Positions 1 through 12,906 of a DNA stretch of 64,000 bases are shown one piece after another (the stretch's first letter is position 1; each line of letters starts with the position of its first letter). The stretch covers positions 21,762,001 to 21,826,000 of the forward strand of contig OX597824.1 of NCBI GenBank assembly GCA_951406725.2. The letters are read 5' to 3'. A program made the translations under genes and the position numbers. This DNA is from Octopus vulgaris. Lineage: Eukaryota. The notes beneath the pieces were generated by a model. The model was not told the DNA's origin and did no database searches. It was given only the letters and a program-made list of their open reading frames with translations.

Positions 1-909
1 CTCTTCCTTCCTTTCTTTCATTCCTTCATTTATTCTTTCTTTCTTTCTTTCTTTCTTTCTTTAACAGGTCGTTAACAAACGAAACGTAATGTCATCATTT
101 TACCGAGGAAGGCACACATGACAGCCCTGTTGAAATTTTGAAGTCTTGCATTTCTGTGCATTTTTCATTTTTCATTATCCTTGTTTTGTTTTGAACCCGA
201 AAAAAACAAACGTACTGTTGAAATATTGTTCAGTTCAGTAAACAAAGTCAACCTGTATCTTATTACATATCACATTAAATCTTTCCTAATTGTGTGTTAT
301 AATTGTTGTTATCATTGCTATCGTCACCCATTATCGTAATTTTTATTATTATTGTTACATCATTATCACACCCCAACACCACCACCACCACCACCACCTC
401 CATCACCACCACAAACATCAACATCATCAATTTTTTTTTATTGCTTTTGTATATTTGCTGTGGAAACGTATTTCAAAGACATCCACTTAAGCGATTTCCT
501 CATAAATTATTAAATTGAGGAAAAAAGTTTTAATTCTTTTCCTTTTTCTCCCCCCCCCCATTGACAAAAGGCTTAGGAATATTCAGATACTCAACTCATT
601 AACTGGCATGGGAAAGAGAGTTTGTCCTTCCGCATTTTATTGCATATGGATATATTTCGAAACATCTGTCATGCTTTGTTTCTTTATAGTTCAATATGGT
701 CACCTCAGTAGTGGTGAGCAGAGGTGCACTAGTTACAATACGATGTTCTCCCTCAATGTTTGTAGATATAGTAAAGTGAGTCCCCTGGACAATCATGTCA
801 TGAGTCAGGACTCATAGGACTCTTAGAGCCGGTTACTCAGTTTCTTGAGTGTATAAGTGATCAAGAGCACAACGTCTCTCTTCCAGCTGATTGGTATGCT
901 AGTCCAGTC

Positions 910-1184
910 CAGGGTATCATCTGTATCATCTCTTGTGAAAGGTAGAAGAGTCCAGTTTGCTGGACATTGTTGTAGAACTGAAAACGAGATAATTTCTGCT
1001 CTTCTCCTCTGGAAGCCATCTACTCACGATACCAGAGGGTGTACACTCTCCTACTCTGATGTAATCTCCGGGGATACAGGCATCCAGCAACAGGACCTCT
1101 GTAATGCTATGATGGACCGTGAAGTCTGGCGTAGCATAGTAAATTCCATTGTCTTGACCACGGTCGAACAATGATGATGATGAT
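910..1184 (+). mobile_element. RTE/RTEX-type LINE 3' fragment
   Basis: Translation VSSLVKGRRVQFAGHCCR...MMDREVWRSIVNSIV followed by a (GAT)n tail; same family as 14740-15280. Confidence 0.8.
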
Positions 1185-2530
1185 TGCAAGGTTACTCATT
1201 GCCTTGTTGAGTGCACTGAAGCCGCATGAAATGAAGTGTTTTGCTCAAGAACACAATGCACTGCTCGGTCTAGGAATTGAAGCCATGATATTGCAATTGT
1301 AAGTACAACACCCTAAGTACTAGGCCTATGTGCCTTCACATTGCAGACACAGATATAGTTACAAAACAAGAAAGCAAAAGAAAATGATAATTAATTCAGA
1401 AAATGCAAAGATTAATTAAGCAAATACAAATAAATAAGCACCAGCAGTTATAATTTGACTAACACAAAAGGAAAGTGACAAAAATACAATTTTAAATAGC
1501 AGTAATAAAAACACCAAAAACAACAGCTCATCTTTTACCAGTATCATGAGTCAAAAAGAGCTATTAAAAATGGGTTGACTTCAGGCTAGAGAAAAATGCG
1601 GTGTGTCACAAATGAGAGTGAACCACATGTGCTGTAGAGTCTTCATGGACTTCCAACCTCCAATGATCCCAGAAAATTATAGAGCTGTCCGAGAATAATA
1701 TTCTATTGAGAAAGTGAAGAGAAGTTTGGCCAGGTCAGTGGTGCATAGCCAAAAATCCAGTTGCCACATATATGGCAGTATTGGCTAAAAGCACAAAATA
1801 GTATCACGCAGCAGAAAAGGCAGTGATACCAGGGGGCTTCTTAAGTGAATATCATGGCTATTTCTGCAACTGTGACCCCAACAACTGCTTGCAGCTGCAA
1901 GGTTAGTAAGAGCAAAAGCAGAGACAACCAAACCATTTTTTGTGCAGTTCACATTAAGAATTGAGAAGTTGGATACCAAGATGCAAAGGCACCTTTTCTT
2001 CCAGCTCAAAATCAACCAGAGACTACAATCTGTATTTCCATCTTATCTGCAGAGGCAGACATGTTATTGCTGTTGTTTGTTCCTTCTCGAGCCATACTTG
2101 GCTCATAAGGGCCAGTTTCCCAGTTTCATTGGCATATAGGTTCCCCACCTGGATGGAATGCCGGTCTGTCTCAGGTGAGCTGCTAGATGCAGGAAGAGAG
2201 AACGAGAGAAAGTTGTGGTGAAAGAGTCAGCAGAAGTTTGGCATTGCCTTCTTCTACCAGAGTTGTATGGAACTTAGGTGTTTTGCTCATAAACACACAC
2301 ATCACCCGGTCTGAAATTCGAACCCGTGATCCCTCAACTGTGAGTCCACTGCTCTACTCACTAGATTATGTGCCTCCACACAGAGGCTGACATAGCCTTC
2401 TGTTTTTCTATGTACTTGTATGTATAAACTAAGTACCAATCAAAACTAAGGCATTGGTACAACTGACTGCTCACCTTCCAATTCCAAAATTATCTATGTT
2501 AATAATAATTTTGTAATAATAATAATAATA

Positions 2531-2926
2531 CTCTTTACTCTTTTACTTGTTTCAGTCATTTGACTGCGGCCATGCTGGAGCACCGCCTTCTAGTCGAGTA
2601 AATCGACCCCAGGACTTATTCTTTGTAAGCCTAGTACTTATTCTATCAGTCTCTTTTGCTGAATCACTAAGTTACGGGACATAAACACACTACCATCGGT
2701 TGTCAAGCAACGGTGGGGGGACAAACACAAACACACACATATATATATATACATACATATATACGACGGGCTTCTTTCAGTTTCCGTCCACCAAATCCAC
2801 TCACAAGGCATTGGTCGGCCCGGGGCTATAGCAGAAGACACTTGCCCAAGGTGCCATGCAGTGGGACTGAACCCAGAACCATGTGGTTGGTTAGCAAGCT
2901 ACTTACCACACAGCCACTCCTGCACC
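2531..2926 (-). mobile_element. tRNA-derived SINE family A (abundant; internal CA/TA microsatellite; CR1-like 3' tail)
   Basis: Head GGTGCAGGAGTGGCTGTGTGGTAAG...GGTTCAGTCCC with A/B-box-like motifs and tail GACTGAAACAAGTAAAAGAG. Other copies at about 7560-7973, 13090-13520, 13556-13950, 38038-38405, 48820-49234, 50015-50418 (-) and 25206-25616, 51842-52205 (+), plus several partials. Confidence 0.9.
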
Positions 2927-2976
<50 letters not shown>

Positions 2977-3293
2977 TAACAGGTAGTCATTGAACTTTGT
3001 ATATTTGTAACCTGTGTCATTTTGATGGCATGTGCTGCTCTCTCACTCAATAATAATGATAATAATAATAATATTAATCCTTACTACAATAAGGACAAGG
3101 CCTGAAATTATGTGGGAGGTAATTAGTTGATTACATCAATCCCAGTGTTTTACTGGTACTTAATTTATCAACCTGGAAGAGAGATGAATGGCAAAATCGA
3201 CCCCAGTGGAATTTGAACCCAGAATGTAAAGACGGATGAAATGCCACTAAGCACTTTATCCAGAATGCTAATGATTCTGCCAGCTCACTGCCT

Positions 3294-3472
3294 TAATAAT
3301 AATAATGATGATAATAATAATAATAATAATAATAATGATAATAATAATAATAATAATAATAATGATAATAATAATAATAATAATAATAATGATAATAATA
3401 ATAATGATAATAATAATAATAATAATAATAATGATGATAATAATAATGATAATAATAATAATAATAATAATG

Positions 3473-3503
<31 letters not shown>

Positions 3504-3528
3504 TAATAATAATAATAATAATAATAAT

Positions 3529-3567
<39 letters not shown>

Positions 3568-3568
3568 G

Positions 3569-3602
<34 letters not shown>

Positions 3603-3694
3603 TAATAATAATAATAATAATAATGATAATAATAATGATAATAATAATAATAATAATAATAATATAATAAATAATAATAAAAATAATAATAATA
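3294..3694. repeat. (AAT)n/(GAT) microsatellite, ~400 bp
   Basis: Read directly from the sequence. Confidence 0.98.
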
Positions 3695-4252
3695 AATGCC
3701 CTGATGCAGTACCAGGCAGTGGCTCTCATGGCTTCTGATCTTAACTGATTGGAAGTGTTATCATGTACATTGTTTTGTCTTGGTATAAAAGATGGGCTAC
3801 AGCAAATATTCTGCTCAATACCACAGATTTGCTTGTCAGTTGTTTGACCTTAACCAGTTGAGCATGTCCCTTAGTGGCTGACGATATGTGCATCTCTAAT
3901 CACGAGCAGAAGTAGTGGGGGAGCATCATAGACATGTGTTGAGAGGGATTTGTTGTGGTTTGAATAATTCACCTCTGGAAACATGGGTGGTTTTTTCAAC
4001 ATCCTTAAACAACCCTTATTCAGGGACCTTTTGAGTGGGATGGGCTACTCAACCTGAAGAAAATTCTAACTGGGCCCCACCTGCAAGGTCATGTGCTGTT
4101 TATCTTGATATGAGATTACTATGTCGCGCACATTTGGATTGTGATGCATGTGCCTGGTGTGCCCTTATCAGACGGGTAGTCATGATGGGTATATTGGGCT
4201 TCGTACATTTTACCCCAGTGTCACTTTGATGGCATGAACTGCTCTCTCACTC
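3695..4252 (+). mobile_element. ~560-bp non-coding retroelement embedded in (TAA)n, probably R4/Dong-related
   Basis: Near-identical copy at 43745-44299. Both are flanked by TAA repeats and end in CTCTCACTC/CTCCCATTC + (AAT)n. Short 3' stubs at about 3010-3050, 16176-16222 and 16287-16335 are also in TAA tracts. Confidence 0.7.
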
Positions 4253-4289
4253 AATAATAATAATAATAATAATAATAATATTTATTTAT

Positions 4290-5203
4290 TTTATTTTTTA
4301 TTTTATCTAGTTTCAGCTCATGAGCTATGGCCATGCTGGGGCACCGCCATTCAGTGTTGCTACATGATTTTACTTCACGAATGCTTTTTAGCAATTGCCA
4401 TTTGGTGCAGGAGAGAGTTCGATGCAGCTGCCCTCATCTGCACCTGCTGCCGTGAAGTTGGTTCATATGGGACAGCTGACAGGAAGAGATCCAGCTTTAT
4501 TTTAAAGACATCTGCATCCAGCCCATGCAGGTATCTCAGGTTCTTCGGGAGGATATTGAAGAGCTGTGAGCCTCTAAAGCCCAGGCTATCACAGTATCTT
4601 GTCCTACATCATGATGGCAAATTTGGAGTCCTTGGCACTATGCAGTGGCACCCAGTTCTAGCATTTGTGTAACTCTTGATGCCAAAGTTTGGGACAAGTC
4701 CTTCTAGGATCTTCCAGATGTATATTATGGCATATCTTTCTCGCCTACGCTCTAAGGAATAGAGTCTTAATCTCTTGAGTCTTTCCCAGTTGCTTATATG
4801 CTGCACAGAGGCTATCTTTTTCATGTAGCTTCGTTGGATCACCTCAAGTTCTGCGATTAACTTGACACTGGATAGTGACCATAGCTGAGAGCAATAGTCA
4901 AAGTGGCTTAGGACAAGTGTCCTCCAGAGGACCATCATGGTTTCCTGGTCTCTTGTTCTAAAGGTTCTAAGAATCCATCCAGTCAGCCGCCTACATTTCA
5001 TTGCCAATTTAGCAACATGCACATGAAGGGTTGCATCATCACTCATGTAAATACCCAGGTCTTGCACTGATTGTGCCTCTGGGATTGCAATCCCTCCAGG
5101 TCCAGTGTATTCATTGGGTATTGCATTTAGTTTTGCATGCTGATAGCATAAGGCTTGAAACTTTTCAGCATTGAACTGCATGCTATTCTTTTCAGCCCAC
5201 TTG

Positions 5204-5205
<2 letters not shown>
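4290..5205 (-). mobile_element. CR1-group LINE, 5'-truncated (RT C-terminus + 3' UTR)
   Basis: ORF 4609-5283: MQFNAEKFQ...DLGIYMSDD...HFDYCSQLWS...ERLKRLRLYSLERRRER, typical of the CR1/L2 ORF2 C-terminus; ends in a stem-loop and A-rich tail. Confidence 0.9.
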
Positions 5206-5252
<47 letters not shown>

Positions 5253-6194
5253 TTTTCAAATTTTGGCACAATTTGAGAAACAAGATCTGAAATTTAGAGG
5301 TAACAGCAGGAGCAGCAACAGCAGTGGCAGAAGCAGCAGCACCATCAGTAGTAGTAGTAGTAGTATGATAAGTTGCTTTATTTTATTAATATAGTTTGGC
5401 GATGAATTCGTCAGAATTGTAATGTCGAATGAAAATGCATTCCAAATTTGAAACACACAAAGGTTAAGACAAAAATATTCTGAATTGTGTGTGCGTGTGC
5501 ACATGTGTGTGTATGTGTGTGTATGTGTGTGAGTGTGTGTGTGTACATAGAATATATATATAAATATACTTATATACAAGTGATATACATAATATATATG
5601 ATACATATATATATATACATATATGTATATAAGGTCAACACAAAAAAAAAATAACAGTGGGAATGACAGAATTCCGTCAAGTACTGGGAATGACGGAATT
5701 GACTACACACTTCCTTCCAAAATACATTGTGTAGCTTTACACCAATGTTAGAAATCAATACAGTTTAGATTTCCTCAGAGTGTAGGAAGTATGATTCTGG
5801 TGATATAAGTATATGCCATTCACTGACCTTCTCAGGTATTAACTGTTGCTCAGAGCTAAAGTATTTCGTCATTGAAGGGAAAATTCTGAAGTGCTATTTG
5901 TCCAATAGGTTAAAATTCAATCAAGAAAAAAAATCTACTACAGTTACCCTTCGTATTTGCTTCATTTATTGGCCAGTGGCCATGCTGGGGCACCACTGTA
6001 AAGTGGTTGTAGTCGTGTAGTGGGGTTGATAAAAATGAAACCCTGCTATTTGGTTTATCTATTTATCTATTTATTTTCTCTCTACTACTTATTATTATTT
6101 CAATCACCTTTTGCACAACTGCTAAGTTACAGGGTTGGAAACAAACGTACACCAGTTGCCAAGTAGTGGCAAATAAACATACACATGCACACAC

Positions 6195-6225
<31 letters not shown>

Positions 6226-6700
6226 CTCACACAAACATATATAATATATATGTTCTATAAATATATTTATACATACATACATACATACATATATACATAC
6301 ATACATACATACATATATACATATATACATACATACATATGGGAGATCCCCTTTGGTCATGAATGACCATAGGATTGCACCTAGAAAGTTACACTCCCAG
6401 GTACAAGTCCAGGGAAAGGTTGTTTATGGAAGGCCAGCAGTCACCCATGCATACCAGTCTCTCCTCACCACACCATTGATGTCATCCAAGGGAAAGGCAA
6501 GGGCCGATACAGCTTGGCACCAGTGACGTCACAACTCATCTCTACAGCTGAGTGAACTGGAGCAATGTGAAATAAAGTGTCTTGCTCAAGAACACAACAT
6601 GCAGCCTGGTCCGGGAATTGAACTCACAACCTCATGATCGTAAGCTTGACACTCCAGCCACTGAGCCATGTGCCTTCACACACACACATATATATGTATG

Positions 6701-6731
<31 letters not shown>

Positions 6732-6813
6732 ATACTAAATTAATTCTCCATTCTTCATTTTCCCTGTTATTGTATAGATATATACAATATATATATACAC
6801 ACACATATACACA

Positions 6814-7156
6814 CGTTGCCAGCCTCGCCTGGCTCCCGTGCCGGTGGCACATAAAAAGCACCATCCGTTCATGGCCGTTGCCAGCCTTGCCTGGCCCCCG
6901 TGCCGGTGGCACATAAAAAGCACCATCCGATCGTGGCCGTTTGCCAGACTTGTCTGGCACCTGTGCCGGTGGCACGTAAAAAGCACCCACTACACTCACG
7001 GAGTGGTTGGCGTTAGGAAGGGCATCCAGCCGTAGAAACATTGCCAGATCAAACTGGGCCTGGTGCAGCCTTCTGGCTTCCCAGACCCCAGTTGAACCGT
7101 CCAACCCATGCTAGCATGGAAAGCGGACGCTAAACGACGATGATGATGATGATGAT
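6814..7156 (+). mobile_element. RTE LINE 3' UTR fragment with ~3 tandem hairpin modules
   Basis: GTGCCGGTGGCAC-TAAAAAGCACC units, then GGCGTTAGGAAGGGCATCCAG...CCATGCTAGCATGG...(GAT)n. The same 3' end follows an RTE ORF at 25620-26132. Other copies at about 20189-20720, 23955-24140, 60325-60505 (+) and 28110-28610, 29250-29632, 43090-43641, 50462-51487, 54420-54565 (-). Confidence 0.85.
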
Positions 7157-10100
7157 ATATGTATATATATATGTATCATATATATTATGTATATCACATG
7201 TATATAAGTATATTTATATATATATTCTATGTACACACACACACACTCACACACATACACACACATGTACACACGCACACACAGTTCAGAATATTTAATT
7301 AGTGCTTAGGCACTATAAAAATATATCCACTGAAGTTAAGAGCTTCATTCTTTAACACATTAAACATTAAACTCCAATATATTATTACTTAAAGGCAATA
7401 ACCATAAATGAATTAATATAGACATAAATGAATATCTTTTATCTCATACTTGTTTCAGTCGTTAGACAGCAGCCATGCTGGAGCACCACTTTGAAGGGTT
7501 TTAGTTGAGCATAGTGATCTCAGTACTTTATTTGTAAGTCTAGCATTCATTTATTCTATTACTCTTTTACTCTTTTACTTGTTTCAGTCATTTGACTGCG
7601 GCCATGCTGGAGCACTGCCTTTAGTCGAGCAAATCGACCCCAGGACTTATTCTTTGTAAGCCTAGTACTTATTCTATCGGTTTCTCTTTTGCCAAACTGG
7701 TAAGTTACAGTGACGTAAACACACCTCCATTGGTTGTCAAGTGATGTTGGGGGGACAAACACAGACACACAAACATATACACATACACACATATATATAT
7801 ACATATATACGACGGGCTTCTTTCAGTTTCCGTCTACCAAATCTACTCACAAAGCTTTGGTCAGCCCAAGGCTATAGTAGAAGACACTTGCCCAAGGTGC
7901 CACGCAGTGGGAATGAACCCGGAACCATGTAGTTGGTAAGCAAGCTACTTACCACACAGCCACTCTTGCACCTGGTCACTTTTCCCAAATAACTTTGATT
8001 TTCCATTTGCTGTTGGAAAGTTACAGGGACATAAACAAACCAGTGCCAGTTATCAAACACAAAGATACATACACACACACATATATATATATATACATAC
8101 ATGCATGAGAGTTTCTCTCATGGCATCTACTGCAGTACAGAACATCCACATTTAAGTGGGGGTATATATATTTTTTCATTGACCAAATTTATTCACAAAA
8201 CACAAAACCTTGGTCTACCTGGGGGCTATAGGGGGAGATACTTGCCCAAGGTGTCATGCCGTGGCACTGAATCTGTGTCATGAAATGGTGTCATGCAGTG
8301 GCACTGTGTCATATGGTTGTAAAGTGAACCTCAGGTTAGATTATCATATGAATTGCTATTCTGTGGTCAGCATTTGTTCAAAGCAATTTATAGTGAATTC
8401 ATGCGATAGCACGTATCTTAAGTATTAAAAATAAATGTTCCTTCTCGAGCCATGCCAGGCTCATAAGGGCTGGTTTCCTGGTTTCAGTGGCATAGAAATT
8501 CCCCACCTGAACAGGACACTGATCCTTCGCGGCATTACTCCTTTTTGCCAGCTGAGTGGACTGGAGCAACGTGAAAATGAAGTGTTTTGCTCAAGAACAC
8601 AACGTATCGCCCGGTCCAGGAATTGAAACCACAACCTTACAATCATGAATTCAACACCCTAACCACTAAGCCATGCGCCTCCACCATCTTAAGTATTAAT
8701 GGTGGTGAACTGATATAGACTTTAGAGGGTTGGATAGAATACCTTGTGGTATTTGTTCCAGCTTTCTACACCCTGATTTCAAATCCTGCTAAAGTCAACT
8801 TTGCCTTTCATCCTCTTGGGGTCGATAAAAATGTACCATTCAAAAGTGGTGTACTGGCAAAACTGTTAGAAGATCAGACAAAATGCTTTGCAATCTCTGA
8901 CATGGCTCTTCACATTCTGACAGCAATGTCTATGACTTGTGAGTGAATTTGGTGAAAGAAAACTGCTACAGGTCTATTAATTCCAAAGCGGCATTCAAGA
9001 TTTTAGCATTATTGTTACTGTCTGATTGAATGGCACAACCCAGCTGTCAAAACCATAGTGATATCCGTTAGACAGCTGATGATGGGCGTCTATGCTTGTT
9101 ATTCGTGAATCTTTTATATCTTGGGGTCTCATTTTTCTGAGTTTTCCATCATTCTTGGTTTTCCATGCTGGCATAGGTTGGTTGATTGGAGAGGAGCCAG
9201 GTTCCAATTGTCTATTTTGGCATGATATCTACAGCTTGATGTCCTTCCTAATATCAACCACTTTACAGAATGTACTGGACACTTTTTATGTGGCACTGGA
9301 ATGGGGTTTTCACATGGCACTGGCATGGGTGCTTTTTATGTAGTGCTAGCAATAAACCTGTCCTTTTCCTAGGCAGTGTCATCTTTGGAGGATCTTTGAA
9401 TTTTGAGATTATCTCCCCTTCTCAGGTAGAGCTGGCCTTACTTGCCATTCCCTTATTGTAATAAATCCTCTTGGGGCATAGACAATTTTAAGAAATCAAG
9501 AATCTATTTTATATGATATTTGATATATCTGTATATGTCTATAGATCAGGGTCCTGTTTAAGAAACCAACAGCAAAATAGGTGACAATTTGGCATTTTAT
9601 CCTATCAGCCAATTCACTAGTCTCATCTATAACTTCTGGTAATAGGGCTACTTGATCAGAGTGACCTAGAGCTAAGCAACAACAGTGGAATATGAGAGAC
9701 TTTATTTACATTATTTACATTTGACGGATAAGAGACTTTGTAACAAAACACCGACTAAAGGCGGTGCTTGAGCATGGCTGCAGGCAAATGACTGAAACAA
9801 GTAAGTAAAGAGAGTATGACGGTAAGTATTGACGAGGGCCTTGTTTAAAAGCCAAGAGCAAAATAGGTTGGAATTTGGTGTTTTATTCTCTCAACCAACT
9901 CACCAATCTCATCTAGATGCCATGCTAGATTCTTGTCACCTTAATGGAAAAATAAGTTGACAAATAGCCTGTGGTAATTTTTACTTAGAGAGAGAGAGAG
10001 AGAGAGACCATTTTTGTCTCAGCAAAAGACAAATGGATATTTTCTCTAAATTGATTTATTGATTTTTCTTCCCCTACTTTTTTGGAAGAATATTGGAAAT

Positions 10101-10369
10101 GTTGAGATATGATATTAAATGACTAATGAATTTAAGCAGATAGATTTAGCAACATTGAGATTCTAACCAAAACATGGCATTCTCTTGGGAACAAGGAACT
10201 AGATGCACACGCATACATATGCTCAAGCATATAGTGTGTGTATGTGTATATATGTTTTTTTTTTGTGTCGTCTCTTTGTGTGTTTTTGCGTTCTTGTCCC
10301 ATTTTGTAATTTATATTTAATTTCTATACATATATATATATATACACACACACATATGAATATACATAT

Positions 10370-10402
<33 letters not shown>

Positions 10403-11359
10403 CATATGTATATGTATACACACACATGCACATGCTCAAACACACACACATAATTATATGTAAATATAAACTGTGTGGCATGATATATATAAATGTATAT
10501 GTGTGTGTGTGTGTGTGGGTTTAGTCATAGGAAAATAGGACACAAAAGTTTATTTATATTTTTTTATTTATTTGGCGGAAGTTACAAGGTGACTCAAGGG
10601 GTGAGAGTTTTGTACTTAGGCATAAGGGCCTATGTATACATACATACATACATATATATATATACATATATATACATACATATATATACATACGTACATA
10701 CATATATATAATATATATACATATATATACATACATATATATACATACGTACATACATATATATAATATATATACATATATATTATATATATATATATAT
10801 ATACGTACATACATATATATAATATATATACATACATATACATCTACATACATATATATATTTATGTGTATATATATATATATATATATGTTGGTGTGTG
10901 TGTATACATATATGTAGAATGATATATGTGTATATATGCATCTGTGTGTATGTGTATCTGTGTACATAAATATATATATATATATATATATATAAATGGA
11001 GTTAAACGCAGGTGTTATTCAAATCTTTATACTTCCAACATATGTTTCGAAGAAAACTGGTATTATTCCAGAAGGAATAAAATAATGTAAAGCAATGCAA
11101 TCTTCTCATCAAGTGAAAAAAAGAGAAACAAAATGCATCAATAAGACATTTTAGCCGAATGTGATTGGTGCATATATTGATTGATTCTAGTTTCAGCTCA
11201 CGAGCTGTGGCCATGCTGGGGCACCGCCATATGATGAAGGGAATGCTGATAAGTTATTTTTTTAGTTATTTAAAAAAAATAACTGGTGACAAACAGACAC
11301 GCACATATATATATATATACGACAAGCTTCTTTCAGTTTCTGTCTACCAAATCCACACA

Positions 11360-11592
11360 GGTGGCGAGCTGGCAGAATCGTTAGCACGCCGGGCGAAATG
11401 TGTGGCCGTATTTCGTCTGTCTTTACGTTCTGAGTTCAAATTCCACCGAGGTCGACTTTGCCTTTCATCCTTTCGGAGTCAATAAATTAAGTACCAGTTA
11501 CGCACTGGGGACGATGTAATCGACTTAATCCGTTTGTTTGTCCTTGTTTTTGTCCCCTCTATGTTTAGCCCCTTGTGGGTAGTAAAGAAACA
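11360..11592 (+). mobile_element. tRNA-derived SINE family B
   Basis: Head GGCGAGCTGGCAGAA...GAGTTCAAATTCC and central GCCTTTCATCCTTTCGG.GTC.ATAAATTAAGTACCAG. Copies at about 19092-19325, 19915-20110, 36348-36570, 47525-47750, 59540-59775 (+) and 53465-53695 (-). Confidence 0.85.
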
Positions 11593-12870
11593 TATGTTTA
11601 TGTGTGTCTGTGCTTGTTCCCCCACTGTCAACTGACTACCGATCTTGGTGTGTTTGCATCCCCATAACTTAGCAGTTCCACAAAAGAGACTGATAGAATA
11701 AGTACTAGGCCTGCAAAGAATAAATCCTGGTGTCAATTTCTTTGACTAAAAAAAACCCTTTAAAGGCAGTGCTCCAGCATGTCCGCTGTCAAATGACTGA
11801 AACAAGTAAAAGAATAACAGAGTATACACACATTATTTGGAAGACATATAGCTTAGTGGTTAGTGTATTTGGCTTACGGTCGGATGGTCATGAGTTCAAT
11901 TTCCAGCAATGTGTTGTATCCTTGAGCATGAAACTTTATTATACATTGCTCCAGTCCACTCAGCTGGCAAAAATGAGTAATACCTATATCTAAAAGGGCA
12001 AGCCTTGTCACATTCTATGTCACATTCTGTGTCACACTGAATCTCCTAGAGAACTACTGTATGTGTCTGTGGGGTACTCAACCACTTGCAAGTTAAATTC
12101 ACAAGCTGGCTGTTCTGTTGATCAGATTAACTAACACCCTCATCACCATATCCCAGAGATATCCAGTTATTGGCTTATATATGGAACTATGGCCAGTCTG
12201 CTTTCTATAGAGAACCAGCTACATTCTAAAACCATTTCTTCCAGTCATTGTCACTAAGTATCAATCAAGCCAGTTCCAAGTAAAAAAAACAAGAAAACAA
12301 GGCATTTTCCAAATCAATGCCATAGTATTACTACTATTGTAAGATATCACATATTTGTGGTATAAAATGAAATTATGTGTGCCAGAAACAGAGTGAGGCT
12401 AATATAATATTCTTGTAATATCGCATTCCATATATTTCACATATAAGATGAACCTTTAATTTCTGGTCAGTGTCAATAGCCTGGAGATGGGGTTGGCAAT
12501 TCTGGTATTGACTTATTGACTTGTCACTGAAAAACAACATGAGGTTAGAGTATTTGAACTTTGAATTACATCTCAATCATAGATATAAGGCATTTGATGT
12601 ACATATACGTATGTACACACACACACACACACACGCACACATATAAATGCAGGCATGCATATATATATATATATATATATATATAGGTACTCACATATTC
12701 ATACATATATATGTATAAATGTATGTATAAATTTGCACATCAAACATATACATACACAAACACACACATATGAATATATACACACATATGAATATATACA
12801 CACATAAATACATATATAAATACATACGTACATGAACATAAATATATACATGAATACATACAAACATATG

Positions 12871-12906
<36 letters not shown>

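Noticed and set aside
3241-3738. Poly-N/poly-I ORFs (also poly-E/K/S/M/D at 15506, 17899, 44446, 52715 and the many YI/CV/HT ORFs)
   Set aside because: Translations of microsatellites.
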